This document shows positions 37,491-47,710 of a stretch of DNA of 64,000 nucleotides, in pieces. The position numbers were made by a program, and so were the translations under genes. This DNA is from an uncultured archaeon (GTDB lineage Archaea; Iainarchaeota; Iainarchaeia; Iainarchaeales; 1-14-0-10-31-34): assembly GCA_964608675.1 (NCBI GenBank), contig CAZSOZ010000003.1:32001-96000 (forward strand). Direction: 5' to 3'. The notes under the pieces are model-generated. The model was not told where the DNA came from, made no database searches, and saw nothing but the letters and a program-made list of their open reading frames with translations. Position 1 is the stretch's first letter. Each line of letters begins with the position of its first letter.

Positions 37491-38572
37491 ACTTTCAAGT
37501 ATTTTTTCATTACTTTTTCTTTGCTGAACAATTCAGCTCTTTTTTTTGAAACTTGAACTGCTTTCTCATAAAATTTTTTGTTTGTTAAAATTTTTTCAAG
37601 CAATTCACTTAGTTTTTCTGTATTTCCTCTTTCAACTATTAATTCTTGTTCTTGTTTTATTCCTTTTGGGGATCCAATTGAATCAGTGCATACAACAGGT
37701 TTTCCTAAAACTACTGCTTCCATTAAACTTAATCCGAATGCATCTCCATGCAATGCAGGCACAACAACAGCTTCGCTTTGGCAGTAAAGCTTGTTTAATT
37801 CTTCATCTGAAACAAATCCTTTTATTTCAGTGATTTCCTGCATTCCTTTTTCCTTTATTTTTTCCTTTAATTTTTCTTTTTCATATGCAGGGCCAACAAA
37901 AACCAGTTTTGCGTTAACTTTGTCTTTTATTTTTTCGAATGCTTCCAGCAAAACATATATTCCTTTGCTTTTATCTATTCTTCCTACAAATAAAATTATT
38001 TTTTGTTCAGGTTTGTCGCAAGAAATTTTTTTGAATTTTTTTTCCGCCCATCCTTGCAAGGTAGTAATGTTTTTTTCTTTGAAGTATTTTTCTTTGAAGT
38101 GTTTTTCTAAATTCCAAGTATATGTTGTGGTTTTGTCTGCTTTCTTTAATGAATTCAATAAAAAGAATTTTTTTATTGGATTAGAAAAATTTTTTTCTAA
38201 TTGTTCTCTTCCAAAAAAAGTTATTACTGATTTTCCTTTCATTTTTTTTGCTAATTGTATTGTTGCAAGCAATGGAGGCATTGTATAGAATCCGTGATAA
38301 ACATCATATTTTTCTAATTTTTTTCCTGCTTTAATGTAATCGTTTATTCTTTGCATTGGTTTTGTTTTATGTATTTCGTGTGTTTTGAATCTGTAAATTC
38401 TTACTCCTTTTGTTTCTTCTTTTTCTTTTAAGTTGTTCCAGTTAGGTGTAAGAATGTCTGTTTTGATTCCTTGTTTGTTTAACCATTGCGCGGCGCCAAA
38501 AACCAGTCTTTCTGTTCCTGCTTTGACAGGAAAAGCAAAATCTGAAATCAGCAGAATTTTTTTTGGTTGCAT
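37475..38572 (-). CDS. GT4 glycosyltransferase
   Basis: FVGRIDKSKG, DAFGLSLMEA. Confidence 0.9.
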   Translation of the reverse strand: MQPKKILLISDFAFPVKAGTERLVFGAAQWLNKQGIKTDILTPNWNNLKEKEETKGVRIYRFKTHEIHKTKPMQRINDYIKAGKKLEKYDVYHGFYTMPPLLATIQLAKKMKGKSVITFFGREQLEKNFSNPIKKFFLLNSLKKADKTTTYTWNLEKHFKEKYFKEKNITTLQGWAEKKFKKISCDKPEQKIILFVGRIDKSKGIYVLLEAFEKIKDKVNAKLVFVGPAYEKEKLKEKIKEKGMQEITEIKGFVSDEELNKLYCQSEAVVVPALHGDAFGLSLMEAVVLGKPVVCTDSIGSPKGIKQEQELIVERGNTEKLSELLEKILTNKKFYEKAVQVSKKRAELFSKEKVMKKYLKVYSEL

Positions 38573-39835
38573 TTAATCTTTTCCTATTATTTTGAATTCA
38601 GGCAAAGGAACAATAAATTTTCCGCCTTTTTCAAAGAATTCTTTTTCTCTTTCTTTGAATTCCTTTAAGAAGTGCCATGGGAGAATTAAAAAATAATCTG
38701 GGTGCTCTTTTCTTGCTTGTTCTTCTGAAATAATGGGAATCATTGTTCCAATTGTTTTTTTTCCAAATTTGTCTGAATTTCTTTCTGCTGCAGCAGAAAT
38801 CAGTTTGTTGTCTAATCCAAAAAACTGAAGCAGAGTGTTTCCTTTTGTTGATGCTCCGTACACATAAACTTTTTTTCCTTTTTTTGTTTCTTCTTGGATG
38901 AATTCTTTTACTTCTTTTTTTATTTTGTTTACTCTTTCTGCAAAATCTTTGTAAGGCTTTTTTGTTTCTAATTCAAGTTTTTTTTCTTTTTCTCTTAATT
39001 CTTCTAATTTTTTCTTTTCTTTTTCTGAAGCTTCAATTTGACTTCCTTTATGCTTAATGTAAATTCTGTAGCTTCCTCCGTTAACGTTATTTAATTCTGC
39101 TCCAATTGCTTGCATTTCATGTCTTTCCAGTAAGTTTTTAAGCGATGTCATTGAATAATATTCTAAATGCTCATGACATATGTTGTCAAATGCATTTTGT
39201 TCTAACATTAAGGGCAGATAACTCATTTGAATTATCCATAAACCGTTTTCGTCTAAAACTTTTTTTACATCTGCAACAAATGCATTAGGATCATCTAAAT
39301 CATAAAACATTGCAATGCTTGTAATCACTTTTGCTTTCTTTTCTCCAAACTCTTTTTTAAATGCTTGTGCATTAAAAAAATCATTAATTATTTTTGTTGT
39401 TCCTTTCTTTGAATATTTCAGTAAATTTTTTGCGGGATCAAATCCAATTAATTTTATTCCTGCTGTTTCATAGCTTCTTAATAATGTTCCGTCATTGCAC
39501 CCAATATCCAAAACTAAGTCTTCTTCTTTTAATTTAATTATTTCTTCTGCTTTTTTTGTTATATTCCCTAAAGCTTCAGTCATTGTTTTGTTCATTCCTG
39601 AACGATACCAGTAATTATGATACATTAATCCTGAAGGAGTAGTATGTTTTAATTGCAGTAAACCGCATCCTTCTGAACTCACATCACATAAATTGAGTTC
39701 TAAGGGAATTTTTGTTTGCTGTTCTTCTGGTGAATCAACAAAATTTGACACGTATTGGTTTCCTAATGAAAGTATTTTAATTAATTTTTGGTTTCCGCAA
39801 ACCCTGCATTTTTGTATTTCTTTTGCTTTTTCCAT
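38573..39835 (-). CDS. NDP-sugar C3-methyltransferase (Zn-binding, SAM-dependent)
   Basis: CRVCG...C..C Zn site, YWYRS, DIGCNDG, HEHLEYYS, YGASTKGNTLL, FIVPLP. Confidence 0.9.
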   Translation of the reverse strand: MEKAKEIQKCRVCGNQKLIKILSLGNQYVSNFVDSPEEQQTKIPLELNLCDVSSEGCGLLQLKHTTPSGLMYHNYWYRSGMNKTMTEALGNITKKAEEIIKLKEEDLVLDIGCNDGTLLRSYETAGIKLIGFDPAKNLLKYSKKGTTKIINDFFNAQAFKKEFGEKKAKVITSIAMFYDLDDPNAFVADVKKVLDENGLWIIQMSYLPLMLEQNAFDNICHEHLEYYSMTSLKNLLERHEMQAIGAELNNVNGGSYRIYIKHKGSQIEASEKEKKKLEELREKEKKLELETKKPYKDFAERVNKIKKEVKEFIQEETKKGKKVYVYGASTKGNTLLQFFGLDNKLISAAAERNSDKFGKKTIGTMIPIISEEQARKEHPDYFLILPWHFLKEFKEREKEFFEKGGKFIVPLPEFKIIGKD

Positions 39836-39904
39836 TAAACCACTAAAATCAATTTTATCATATTATTCTTGCAACAATTTAAATAAGTTAATTTTTTAAT
39901 CCAG

Positions 39905-39930
39905 TTTTGTACCAAAAACCGCTTTAATAA
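39905..39930 (+). promoter_or_regulatory. TTTTGTACCAAAA motif plus TATA box upstream of the flippase gene
   Basis: Motif at 39905-39917, TTTAATAA at 39923. Confidence 0.65.
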
Positions 39931-40007
39931 AAGAACTTAAAATGAAAAAGTATTTAATTAAGTTCATTGGATTTTATTTAGTTAGTCACTTTTTTTTGGT
40001 TTATTTT

Positions 40008-41477
40008 ATGAGTACAATAAGGACAATAGGAAAAAACGTTTGTTTTTTAAGTGCAGGGAATTTAATTCAAAAACTGCTTTCTTTGGCAATGGTAATTTAT
40101 TTAGCACAAAAGCTTGGAGTAGGGGATTTTGGCGTTTATTCTTTTGCTTTTTCTTTTGTTTTAATGTTTACTGTTTTTGGCGATTTAGGGGTTGGAACAT
40201 ATATTTTGAGGGAAATAGCTAAAGACAAAATTAGGGCTTCAAGGCTTCTTGGAGATGCATTTATAGTTAAACTCGGCTTGTTTTTATTTGTTCTTTTAGC
40301 AATTTTTCTTTCAATACTTGCTTTTCATTTTTTTTCTCCAAATGAATACCCTTTTGTAGTGGTGTTTTTTGTTTTGCTTGCAGGCATTTCTTTATTGTTA
40401 GATTCAATGGCCGGATTGTTTAGAATGATTTTTTTTGCTTTCCAGGAAATGCAGTATGAATTTTTTGCCAACACCTTCTATAAACTTCTTTTAGTGATTT
40501 TGACTGCCGGAGTATTGTTTTTGGGTTTTGGATTAAAGGAAGTCTTTTTTGTTGCATTGTTTTCTAGTTTGGTTAATTTTGTTTTAAGTTTTGTTTTAGT
40601 ACTAAAAAAATTTACTGTTCCAAAAATCCAAATAAATTTTTCTAGATACAAGAAATTAATTATTGCCGGCCTGCCTTTTTGTTTTTTGGCTGTTTTCATG
40701 TCTTTTTATGCTAATATGGATTCTATTATGCTTTCTTTTTTTAAGGGAAATATTAGTGTTGGTTATTATTCTGCTGCAATGCGTTTAATTAATACGTTGT
40801 CTTTTATTCCTGCTGCTTTTATGTCAGCTATTTTTCCTATTATGGCTTCTTTTTTTGCTGGATCAAATAAATCCCTTAATTTGGTTATTTCAAAGTCATT
40901 CAAGTATTTATTGATTGTTGTTTTGCCTGTTGCTTTTGCTACTACTCTTCTCTCTGGAAGAATAATTGAATTAATTTATCCTACAATTCAAGGAAACGAT
41001 TTTTCGCCTGCTGCTTCTGCTTTAACTATTTTAATTTGGTTTTCTGTTTTGAATTTCTTGAATTTGATTTTTTTAAATTCTTTGGCTTCAACTGCATTTG
41101 AAAAAAAAGCTTTAATTATTGTTGGTGTTTCTTTGTTTTTTAATTTTTTTCTTAATCTTTTTTTGATTCCTTTATTTGATTTTCAAGGAGCTGCTTTTGC
41201 CAGTGTTTTGTCTCAAATTGTTTTCTTTTTGCTTGGAGCATATTTTGTTTCAAAGTATTTCTTTGGTTTTCTTTCTTTTTTTAAACTAATTTTTAAAACA
41301 GCAGTTAAGCCTTTGATTTCAAGTTTAATTGTTTTTGGTTTTATTTACTTTTTTTTTTATTTGAATTTTTTCATTTTGATTGTGATTTCTTTAGTTCTTT
41401 ATTTGATTGCATTGTATTTAATTAAAGGTTTTGATGAAAAAGATATTTCTTTTTTCAGAAAACTGATTAACAAATAG
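40008..41477 (+). CDS. Wzx/AglR-like MOP-family flippase
   Basis: LG..DFGVYSFA, DLG, VGYYSAA, LNLFLIP...GAAFAS. About 14 TM segments. ATG at 40008. Confidence 0.92.
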   Translation: MSTIRTIGKNVCFLSAGNLIQKLLSLAMVIYLAQKLGVGDFGVYSFAFSFVLMFTVFGDLGVGTYILREIAKDKIRASRLLGDAFIVKLGLFLFVLLAIFLSILAFHFFSPNEYPFVVVFFVLLAGISLLLDSMAGLFRMIFFAFQEMQYEFFANTFYKLLLVILTAGVLFLGFGLKEVFFVALFSSLVNFVLSFVLVLKKFTVPKIQINFSRYKKLIIAGLPFCFLAVFMSFYANMDSIMLSFFKGNISVGYYSAAMRLINTLSFIPAAFMSAIFPIMASFFAGSNKSLNLVISKSFKYLLIVVLPVAFATTLLSGRIIELIYPTIQGNDFSPAASALTILIWFSVLNFLNLIFLNSLASTAFEKKALIIVGVSLFFNFFLNLFLIPLFDFQGAAFASVLSQIVFFLLGAYFVSKYFFGFLSFFKLIFKTAVKPLISSLIVFGFIYFFFYLNFFILIVISLVLYLIALYLIKGFDEKDISFFRKLINK

Positions 41478-41478
41478 T

Positions 41479-42123
41479 TTATTTGAATGCAACTAAAACT
41501 ATTGTATTGTTTGTTATGCCAATTAAACCCAAAAATTTTTGTATTGATATAACATGTTTTGTTTTTAGTATTCCTTTTCTTATCAGCCAGCCGAATCCTC
41601 TGATGCTTTTGCTTTCATGTTCAACAGAAAAATTTCTGAATCCTGCATCAAATGCCACTTGCTTTAATGACTGTTTTGTAAAAGGCCTCACATGCGTGTA
41701 ATCGTCATAAAAGCTGCTGTGTTTTTTGTCATGCGTCCTAATCCAGTCATTTGTCATTACAACAAGTTTCCCGTTTTTTTTAAGGATTCTTCTCAATTCT
41801 TTGACCATAAATAAAGGATTTTGAATGTGTTCTATTACATAAGAAGAAAACACTGCATCAAATTCTTCGTTTTTGAATGAAAGTTTTTTTGTTAAATCCA
41901 TTTGCATTGCATTCAATCCTTTTTCTTTGCAGATTTTAATTGATTCTTCATCAAAATCTATTCCCTGAATTTGTTTTGGAGCAAGTGCAAGAAATGACCC
42001 GACACTGCATCCTGCTTCAAGGATTTTTCCTTTTACATCAGAAAAATAAGTTTGAAACAAAACACTTGTTTTTGCTGTATCAAAATTTTTTTTAGTAAAC
42101 TGTTTTTCTGTGTAATAACTCAT
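41479..42123 (-). CDS. Class I SAM-dependent methyltransferase
   Basis: LEAGCSVG, FDAV..VIEH, DDYTHVRPFT. Confidence 0.88.
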   Translation of the reverse strand: MSYYTEKQFTKKNFDTAKTSVLFQTYFSDVKGKILEAGCSVGSFLALAPKQIQGIDFDEESIKICKEKGLNAMQMDLTKKLSFKNEEFDAVFSSYVIEHIQNPLFMVKELRRILKKNGKLVVMTNDWIRTHDKKHSSFYDDYTHVRPFTKQSLKQVAFDAGFRNFSVEHESKSIRGFGWLIRKGILKTKHVISIQKFLGLIGITNNTIVLVAFK

Positions 42124-42186
42124 TTAATCACTTTTTTATATATTAAATCAAAACAACTATTTTAATCTTTCTTTTTTAATTCATTC

Positions 42187-42208
42187 TTGTACCAAAATAG
42201 TTTATTAA
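42187..42208 (+). promoter_or_regulatory. TTGTACCAAAA motif plus TATA box upstream of the formyltransferase operon
   Basis: Motif at 42187-42197, TTTATTAA at 42201. Confidence 0.6.
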
Positions 42209-42293
42209 TCCCTTTTCTTTTTTTATCAGAAAGCTTTAAAATCATTTTAAGACAGGTTTACTTCAATAATCTTTTGGTGAATATGGTGAATAT

Positions 42294-43040
42294 ATGAATA
42301 ATCCGAAAATTGTTGTAATGGGAAAAAATAAGATTGCCTGGGAATGCAGCAAGTTTTTACTAGAGCAAAAAGAAAATATTGTGGGGGTTGTTGTTGGCGG
42401 AAAAGCGTGGCAGGAAAGCCTTGAAACTTTTGCGAAAGAAAATAATCTTCCTTATTGGAATTTTGAAAAAATTAATTCCCCTGAGGCTGTTCAGAAGTTA
42501 AAGGAATTAGAGCCTGACTTCATTTTTTCTTTTCAGTTTGACCAGATTCTTAAAAAACAGGTAATTGAAATCCCAAACAAAGGCTGTATTAACCTTCATT
42601 TTGCTTTTCTTCCTAATTACAGGGGCTGTCATACTATAGCAAAGGCAATGCTGAACAAAGAACAATTTCATGGAGTTACTTTGCATTATATGGTTGAAGG
42701 CATTGATTCAGGGAATATTATTTCACAAAAAAAAGTTAAGATTGAAAAACAATGGACTGCAAGGAACTTATACGATAAACTAACAGAAGAAGGAGTTAAC
42801 TTGTTTAAGGAAACATGGCCTTTGCTTAAAGAAGAAAAAATTGAACCAAAAACTCAAGGAAAAAATTTTTCTTATTATGACCAAAATTCAGTCAACTACA
42901 AAGAGTTAGCTAAACTTGACCTAAACAAATTTGATTCATGGCAGATTAAGGCAATGATTTTTCCGCCTTTTCAGTATCCTTACTTTGAATTAGATGGACT
43001 GAAGTTTTTTATTACTAAAGTGGAAAAGAAAAAGGAGTGA
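42294..43040 (+). CDS. Sugar N-formyltransferase (Fmt/ArnA-like)
   Basis: INLHFAFLPNYRG and GVTLHYM..GIDSG catalytic motifs. Short, without the tRNA-binding domain; lies next to a sugar aminotransferase. Confidence 0.85.
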   Translation: MNNPKIVVMGKNKIAWECSKFLLEQKENIVGVVVGGKAWQESLETFAKENNLPYWNFEKINSPEAVQKLKELEPDFIFSFQFDQILKKQVIEIPNKGCINLHFAFLPNYRGCHTIAKAMLNKEQFHGVTLHYMVEGIDSGNIISQKKVKIEKQWTARNLYDKLTEEGVNLFKETWPLLKEEKIEPKTQGKNFSYYDQNSVNYKELAKLDLNKFDSWQIKAMIFPPFQYPYFELDGLKFFITKVEKKKE

Positions 43041-43044
43041 AAAA

Positions 43045-44148
43045 ATGAAAGTAAATTTTGTTGATTTAAAAAAAATGCATGAACCCATAAGAAATGAAAT
43101 TGATTTTGCAATAAAAGAAATAGTAGACAATACTGCGTTTGTTTTAGGCAAGCCGGTTGAATTATTTGAAGAAAATTTTGCTTCTTATTGTCAGGCAAAG
43201 TTTGGTGTAGGAGTCAGTTCAGGAACTGCTGCATTGCATTTGTCTTTTCTTTCTTTGGGAATAGGAAAAGGAGATGAAGTGATTACTGTTCCAAACACTT
43301 TTTTTGCTACAGTAGAAGCAATTTTGTACACTGGAGCTAAACCTGTTTTTGTTGATGTACAGGAAGATTCATTTAATTTGGATGCAGAAAAACTTGAAGA
43401 AAAAATTTCAGATAAAACTAAAGCAATAATTCCAGTGCATTTATATGGTCAGCCTGCAGACATGAAGCCAATTCAAGAAATTGCAGAAAAACACGATTTA
43501 AAGATTGTTGAAGATGCCTGTCAGGCTCATGGGGCAGAATACAACGGAAAAAAAGCAGGTTCTTTAGCGGACCTTTCTTGTTTTAGTTTTTATCCTGCAA
43601 AAAATTTAGGTGCTTTTGGCGAAGGCGGAATGATTACAGGAAACAATGAAGAATTAATTGAAAAAGCCCGAACTTTAAGAGCCCATGGAGAAAAACCAAA
43701 AAACACTCACAACATTGTAGGATTTAATTATCGTTTAGAGGCATTGCAGGCTTCAGTTTTGAATGTTAAATTAAAGAAATTAGATGAATGGAATTCAATG
43801 AGAAGGAATGCTGCAAAAAATTACAATGAAGCCTTGAATGGATTTGAAGGAGTAATTCTTCCAAAACAAATGCCTTATGCAAAGCATGTTTATCATTTGT
43901 TTGTTGCAAGAGTAAAAGAAAGAGAGAAAATACAGAATTTATTGAAACAAAATGAAATTTTTACTGGCATCCATTATCCTATTCCTGTTCATTTACAGCC
44001 GGCTCTTTCTGATTTCTCTTATAATAAAGGAGATTTCCCTGTTGCAGAAAAATTAATGAGTGAAATAATTTCTTTGCCAATGCATCCTTTTTTAACTGAA
44101 GAAGAAATTGGTTTTGTAGGAGAAAAATTGAAAGAGGTAATAAAATGA
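43045..44148 (+). CDS. DegT/DnrJ/EryC1/StrS PLP sugar aminotransferase
   Basis: SGTAAL, VHLYGQ, EDACQAHG, SFYPAKNLGAFGEGG. Confidence 0.95.
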   Translation: MKVNFVDLKKMHEPIRNEIDFAIKEIVDNTAFVLGKPVELFEENFASYCQAKFGVGVSSGTAALHLSFLSLGIGKGDEVITVPNTFFATVEAILYTGAKPVFVDVQEDSFNLDAEKLEEKISDKTKAIIPVHLYGQPADMKPIQEIAEKHDLKIVEDACQAHGAEYNGKKAGSLADLSCFSFYPAKNLGAFGEGGMITGNNEELIEKARTLRAHGEKPKNTHNIVGFNYRLEALQASVLNVKLKKLDEWNSMRRNAAKNYNEALNGFEGVILPKQMPYAKHVYHLFVARVKEREKIQNLLKQNEIFTGIHYPIPVHLQPALSDFSYNKGDFPVAEKLMSEIISLPMHPFLTEEEIGFVGEKLKEVIK

Positions 44149-45080
44149 AAGTTGGGGTTATTGGAGCAGGCTATTTTGGAAAAAACCATGTAAGAGAATA
44201 TGTTAATTCAGGGTGTGATGTTACAGTATGCGATTTAAAAGAAGAAAACCTTAATGCAGTGAAAGAAAAACATAAAGTGAACACAACAAAAGACTTGAAT
44301 GAGTTATTGAATGATTCTGAATTAAAGGCTGTAAGCGTTTGTACTCAGAATTCAACTCATTTTGATATAGCAAAAAAGTTTTTGGAAAAAGGAAAGCATG
44401 TTTTATTGGAAAAACCAATGACTTTGGATTCAAAACAGGCTTTTGAGTTGGTTGAATTAGCAGAAAAAAGCAGGGTAATTTTAAGTATTGGTCATATTTT
44501 TCGTTATAATAATGGTTTAAGAAAATTAAAGGAAATGATTTCTGAAGGAGAATTAGGCGAAATTTTTTTGGCAAGATTGGTTTGGACTAATTTGAATCCT
44601 CCTTTTGAAGACAACAGGGACATTTATTTTGATTTAGGGCCTCATGCTTTGGATATAATTTATTTTATTTTAGGAAAGCTTCCAAATAAAGTTTCGTGCA
44701 GGGGAATTCCTTCAAGGGAAAACGCTTCACAGGATGAAACTGCTTTCATTAATTGTGTTGCAGGAAACACTTTGATTAACATTGATGTAAGCTGGGTTAC
44801 TCCAGAAAAAAAGAGAACTGTTTTTGTAGTTGGTTCAAAAAAGTCTGCTTTAATTGACTGTATGACACAGCAAATCACTTTAATTAATAATTCTGATATG
44901 AGCGAAAAAGAAATTTTTGTTCAGGCAAGCAATCCTTTAGTTGAAGAAATATTTGACTTCCTTAACGCAGTAAAACAGAATAGCAAAACTGTTTCAGAAG
45001 GAAAAGTTGGGGCAGAAATAGTGAAATTAATTGAATTATGCCATAAATCAATTAAAGAACAAAAAACAGTTTCTTTTTAG
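44145..45080 (+). CDS. Gfo/Idh/MocA oxidoreductase (WbpB/WlbA-like NDP-sugar dehydrogenase)
   Basis: GAGYFG, EKPM, GHIFRYN, DLGPHALD. Confidence 0.88.
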   Translation: MKVGVIGAGYFGKNHVREYVNSGCDVTVCDLKEENLNAVKEKHKVNTTKDLNELLNDSELKAVSVCTQNSTHFDIAKKFLEKGKHVLLEKPMTLDSKQAFELVELAEKSRVILSIGHIFRYNNGLRKLKEMISEGELGEIFLARLVWTNLNPPFEDNRDIYFDLGPHALDIIYFILGKLPNKVSCRGIPSRENASQDETAFINCVAGNTLINIDVSWVTPEKKRTVFVVGSKKSALIDCMTQQITLINNSDMSEKEIFVQASNPLVEEIFDFLNAVKQNSKTVSEGKVGAEIVKLIELCHKSIKEQKTVSF

Positions 45081-45088
45081 GTTAAAAA

Positions 45089-46003
45089 ATGAAAGTCTGT
45101 GTTATAATCCCAACTTTAAACGAAGAAGAGTTTATTGGAAAACTAATTGATTCAATTAATTCAAATTCTTATAAAAAAATAGAAGTAATTGTAGTTGATG
45201 ACGGTTCAACAGACAAAACAGTTGAAATAGCCAAAAGCAAAGGAGCAAAAGTTTTTGTTAATTCTCCTGGAAGAAGGGGTCCTTCCTTTGGATGGAATTT
45301 TGCTGCAAAAAATACTACTGCAGAGATTTTATGCATTCTAGGAGCGGATTTCTTTATTTCAGATAAAGATTTCATCAAAAAAGCAGTTCAGGCATTTGAT
45401 GAAAACACTGTTGCAGTTTACACTTCTTACACTACAATTCAGGATACTTTTATTGAAAGAATTGCTACAAAAAAAATAGGAGTTTCATTTGAGCCAAGGT
45501 TTATCAGAAAAGATGTTTTTCTTAAATTAGGGGGTTTTCCTTTGATTGGTTTTGGCGAAGACCAAATTTTTTCTTATAAACTCAAAAAGTTTATTAAAGA
45601 AAACAATTTAAAAGAAAAAATAGTTAAAGACGCATTTTTTTCAGGTCACGGAGTGCATTCTTTAAGTGAAATGTACAAGCAGGCTGAATGGTATGGAAAA
45701 ACTTCAATTCCTTTCATTAAATTGGTTCCAAATGAATTCAAATTAAAGCAATTCACTTCAGTTTTTTTGCGCCCATTTTATTTCCTTTCTTTTATTTTTT
45801 CACTTCTTTCAGTTTACTTTTTTCCTTTAATTGTTTTTTCAATTCCATTTTTTTTGATTTACTTTAAAATAATTTTTGAGTCAATTAAAGCAAAAAACTT
45901 TTTTGTTTTAGGAAAAACTTTTACTTTCCTGTTTTTTGGGATGGGAATGTTACATGGATTGTTTCTTTATTTAAGTGGAATAAACAGAAAAACAGGCCAT
46001 TAA
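45089..46003 (+). CDS. GT2 glycosyltransferase with C-terminal TM helices
   Basis: IIPTLNEE, VDDGSTD, GED. Confidence 0.9.
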   Translation: MKVCVIIPTLNEEEFIGKLIDSINSNSYKKIEVIVVDDGSTDKTVEIAKSKGAKVFVNSPGRRGPSFGWNFAAKNTTAEILCILGADFFISDKDFIKKAVQAFDENTVAVYTSYTTIQDTFIERIATKKIGVSFEPRFIRKDVFLKLGGFPLIGFGEDQIFSYKLKKFIKENNLKEKIVKDAFFSGHGVHSLSEMYKQAEWYGKTSIPFIKLVPNEFKLKQFTSVFLRPFYFLSFIFSLLSVYFFPLIVFSIPFFLIYFKIIFESIKAKNFFVLGKTFTFLFFGMGMLHGLFLYLSGINRKTGH

Positions 46004-46629
46004 TTTTTTTTGCAGAATAAAATGCAGTTATGTAGAGAGCAAAATCCAAAGAAAAAATTTGCAATAATCCTGAAAAAGTATTTTGGCGGAAAAAAGCTTA
46101 ATCCAACCCAGTACAATTCTGTTTTAAATCCAAATAATTCACTGAAACTTGCTTCATCTAAAGGAGAAGGAGGAAGCTTGTGTGTTCTGTCTTTCCAGTA
46201 CTCTATTCCAGATAAATTCATTACATTAGGAAAAGCAATTATTAATGTTCCATTTTTGTTTAATATTTCACTGCATCTTTTAATGAATTTTTCTCTTTCC
46301 TGTATTTCTATATGTTCATACACATGGTTTGCTATTATTACATCAAATTTTTCTTTTGTATTCCAGAAATCCATATAAAAATTATTTGTTTTCAGCCATT
46401 CAACGCTTTTAGAATCAATGTCGTATCCAAAATATTTTCCTTTGTCTTTCAAAGTTTTTTTGTAAAAAAAGCTTTCTTTTAAGCATCCAAAATCAAGTAT
46501 TTTTCCTTTGAATTTAATTTTTTTGTCAATAAATTTTAATGGTTCAAAAGGAAAAAAAATTTTTTTCGGATTAATTTTTCCTTTTTTTCTTCTTTCAAAA
46601 ATTTTAGAATAATCGTTTCTTTCTTTCAT
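46000..46629 (-). CDS. Class I SAM-dependent methyltransferase
   Basis: ILDFGC, GYDID, FDVI..HVYEH, WKDRTH. Confidence 0.82.
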   Translation of the reverse strand: MKERNDYSKIFERRKKGKINPKKIFFPFEPLKFIDKKIKFKGKILDFGCLKESFFYKKTLKDKGKYFGYDIDSKSVEWLKTNNFYMDFWNTKEKFDVIIANHVYEHIEIQEREKFIKRCSEILNKNGTLIIAFPNVMNLSGIEYWKDRTHKLPPSPLDEASFSELFGFKTELYWVGLSFFPPKYFFRIIANFFFGFCSLHNCILFCKKN

Positions 46630-46633
46630 TGAA

Positions 46634-47710
46634 TCACTTTCTTAAAACATTTTCATACACTTCAAGAGTTTCTTTTGCGGTTTTTTTCCAGGAAAATTTG
46701 TTTGCCTGCTTTAATCCTTTTTTTTTCAGTGAATTTTGTAAGGATTTGTTCTCTAAAACTGTTTTTATTTTTTCTCTTATTGTATTTTCATTAATTTTTT
46801 CAATTATTGCAGGCATTTTTCCTGTTATTTCAGGAATGCTTGCATGGTTTGTTGTTAATACAGGGCATCCGCACGCCATTGCTTCAAGTATTGGTAAACC
46901 AAATCCTTCATAGCTTGACGGAAAAACACTTAAGTTAACTGCATTGTAATAATCTGCCAGCTTTTCTTCTGAAACATTTTTTTCATAAAAAACATTTTCA
47001 ATGTTTTCTTTTTCAATAACTTTTCTTGTTTTTTTCCTTTGTTCTCCGATTCTGATTAATTCTGCATTCATGTCTTTAACTGCTTTAATTAATTCTGTTG
47101 TGTTTTTTCTTTTTTCTTCGGATCCTACATTAAGCAGATAAATTTTGTTTTCATTTAATCCAAGTTTTTGTCTGGCTTTTTTTTTGTTTGTTTCTCTGAA
47201 AATTTTTTTATCATAACCTAAATAAATTGTTTTTATTTTTTCTTTTTTTATTCCAAATTTTTTGATTAATTCTTGTTTAGTGAAATCTGAAATAGAAATT
47301 ATTTGGTTTGCTTTTTTCATGGATTTCATTGATTTTTCAAGGAAAACTCTCATTGCAAAAGGATAATCTTTTTTTAATGCTGAAGGAATTATGTCCATAC
47401 AGCTTACAATTGAAGGAGAATTGTATTCTGTTATTCCTGCAATAAACTGATTGCTTGCATGAAATAAATTGTATTCTTTTGGAATTTTTTTTGGATAAAA
47501 GTAATGCGAATTAAGGGTTTTTTTGAGTACCGGAAAATTTATTCCTGTTCCCAAACTTTTTATTTTGTTTTTTTCTTCGGTGTTTCCCAAAAAAATCATT
47601 TCAATGTCAATTTTGTTTTTTAATTCTTGAAATAAACTGAAAGCATATTTTCCTATTCCTGTTTCTTTTGGGTAATCATTTATTAATGCAGTTTTTGTAG
47701 ATTTTTTCAA
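46634..47710 (-). CDS. GT4 glycosyltransferase (mannosyltransferase-like)
   Basis: RKN, YEGFGLPILEAMACG. Confidence 0.92.
   Translation of the reverse strand: MKKSTKTALINDYPKETGIGKYAFSLFQELKNKIDIEMIFLGNTEEKNKIKSLGTGINFPVLKKTLNSHYFYPKKIPKEYNLFHASNQFIAGITEYNSPSIVSCMDIIPSALKKDYPFAMRVFLEKSMKSMKKANQIISISDFTKQELIKKFGIKKEKIKTIYLGYDKKIFRETNKKKARQKLGLNENKIYLLNVGSEEKRKNTTELIKAVKDMNAELIRIGEQRKKTRKVIEKENIENVFYEKNVSEEKLADYYNAVNLSVFPSSYEGFGLPILEAMACGCPVLTTNHASIPEITGKMPAIIEKINENTIREKIKTVLENKSLQNSLKKKGLKQANKFSWKKTAKETLEVYENVLRK

Noticed and set aside
42294-43040. Methionyl-tRNA formyltransferase (fmt) call
   Set aside because: Archaea do not formylate initiator tRNA, the C-terminal tRNA-binding domain is missing, and the context is sugar biosynthesis.
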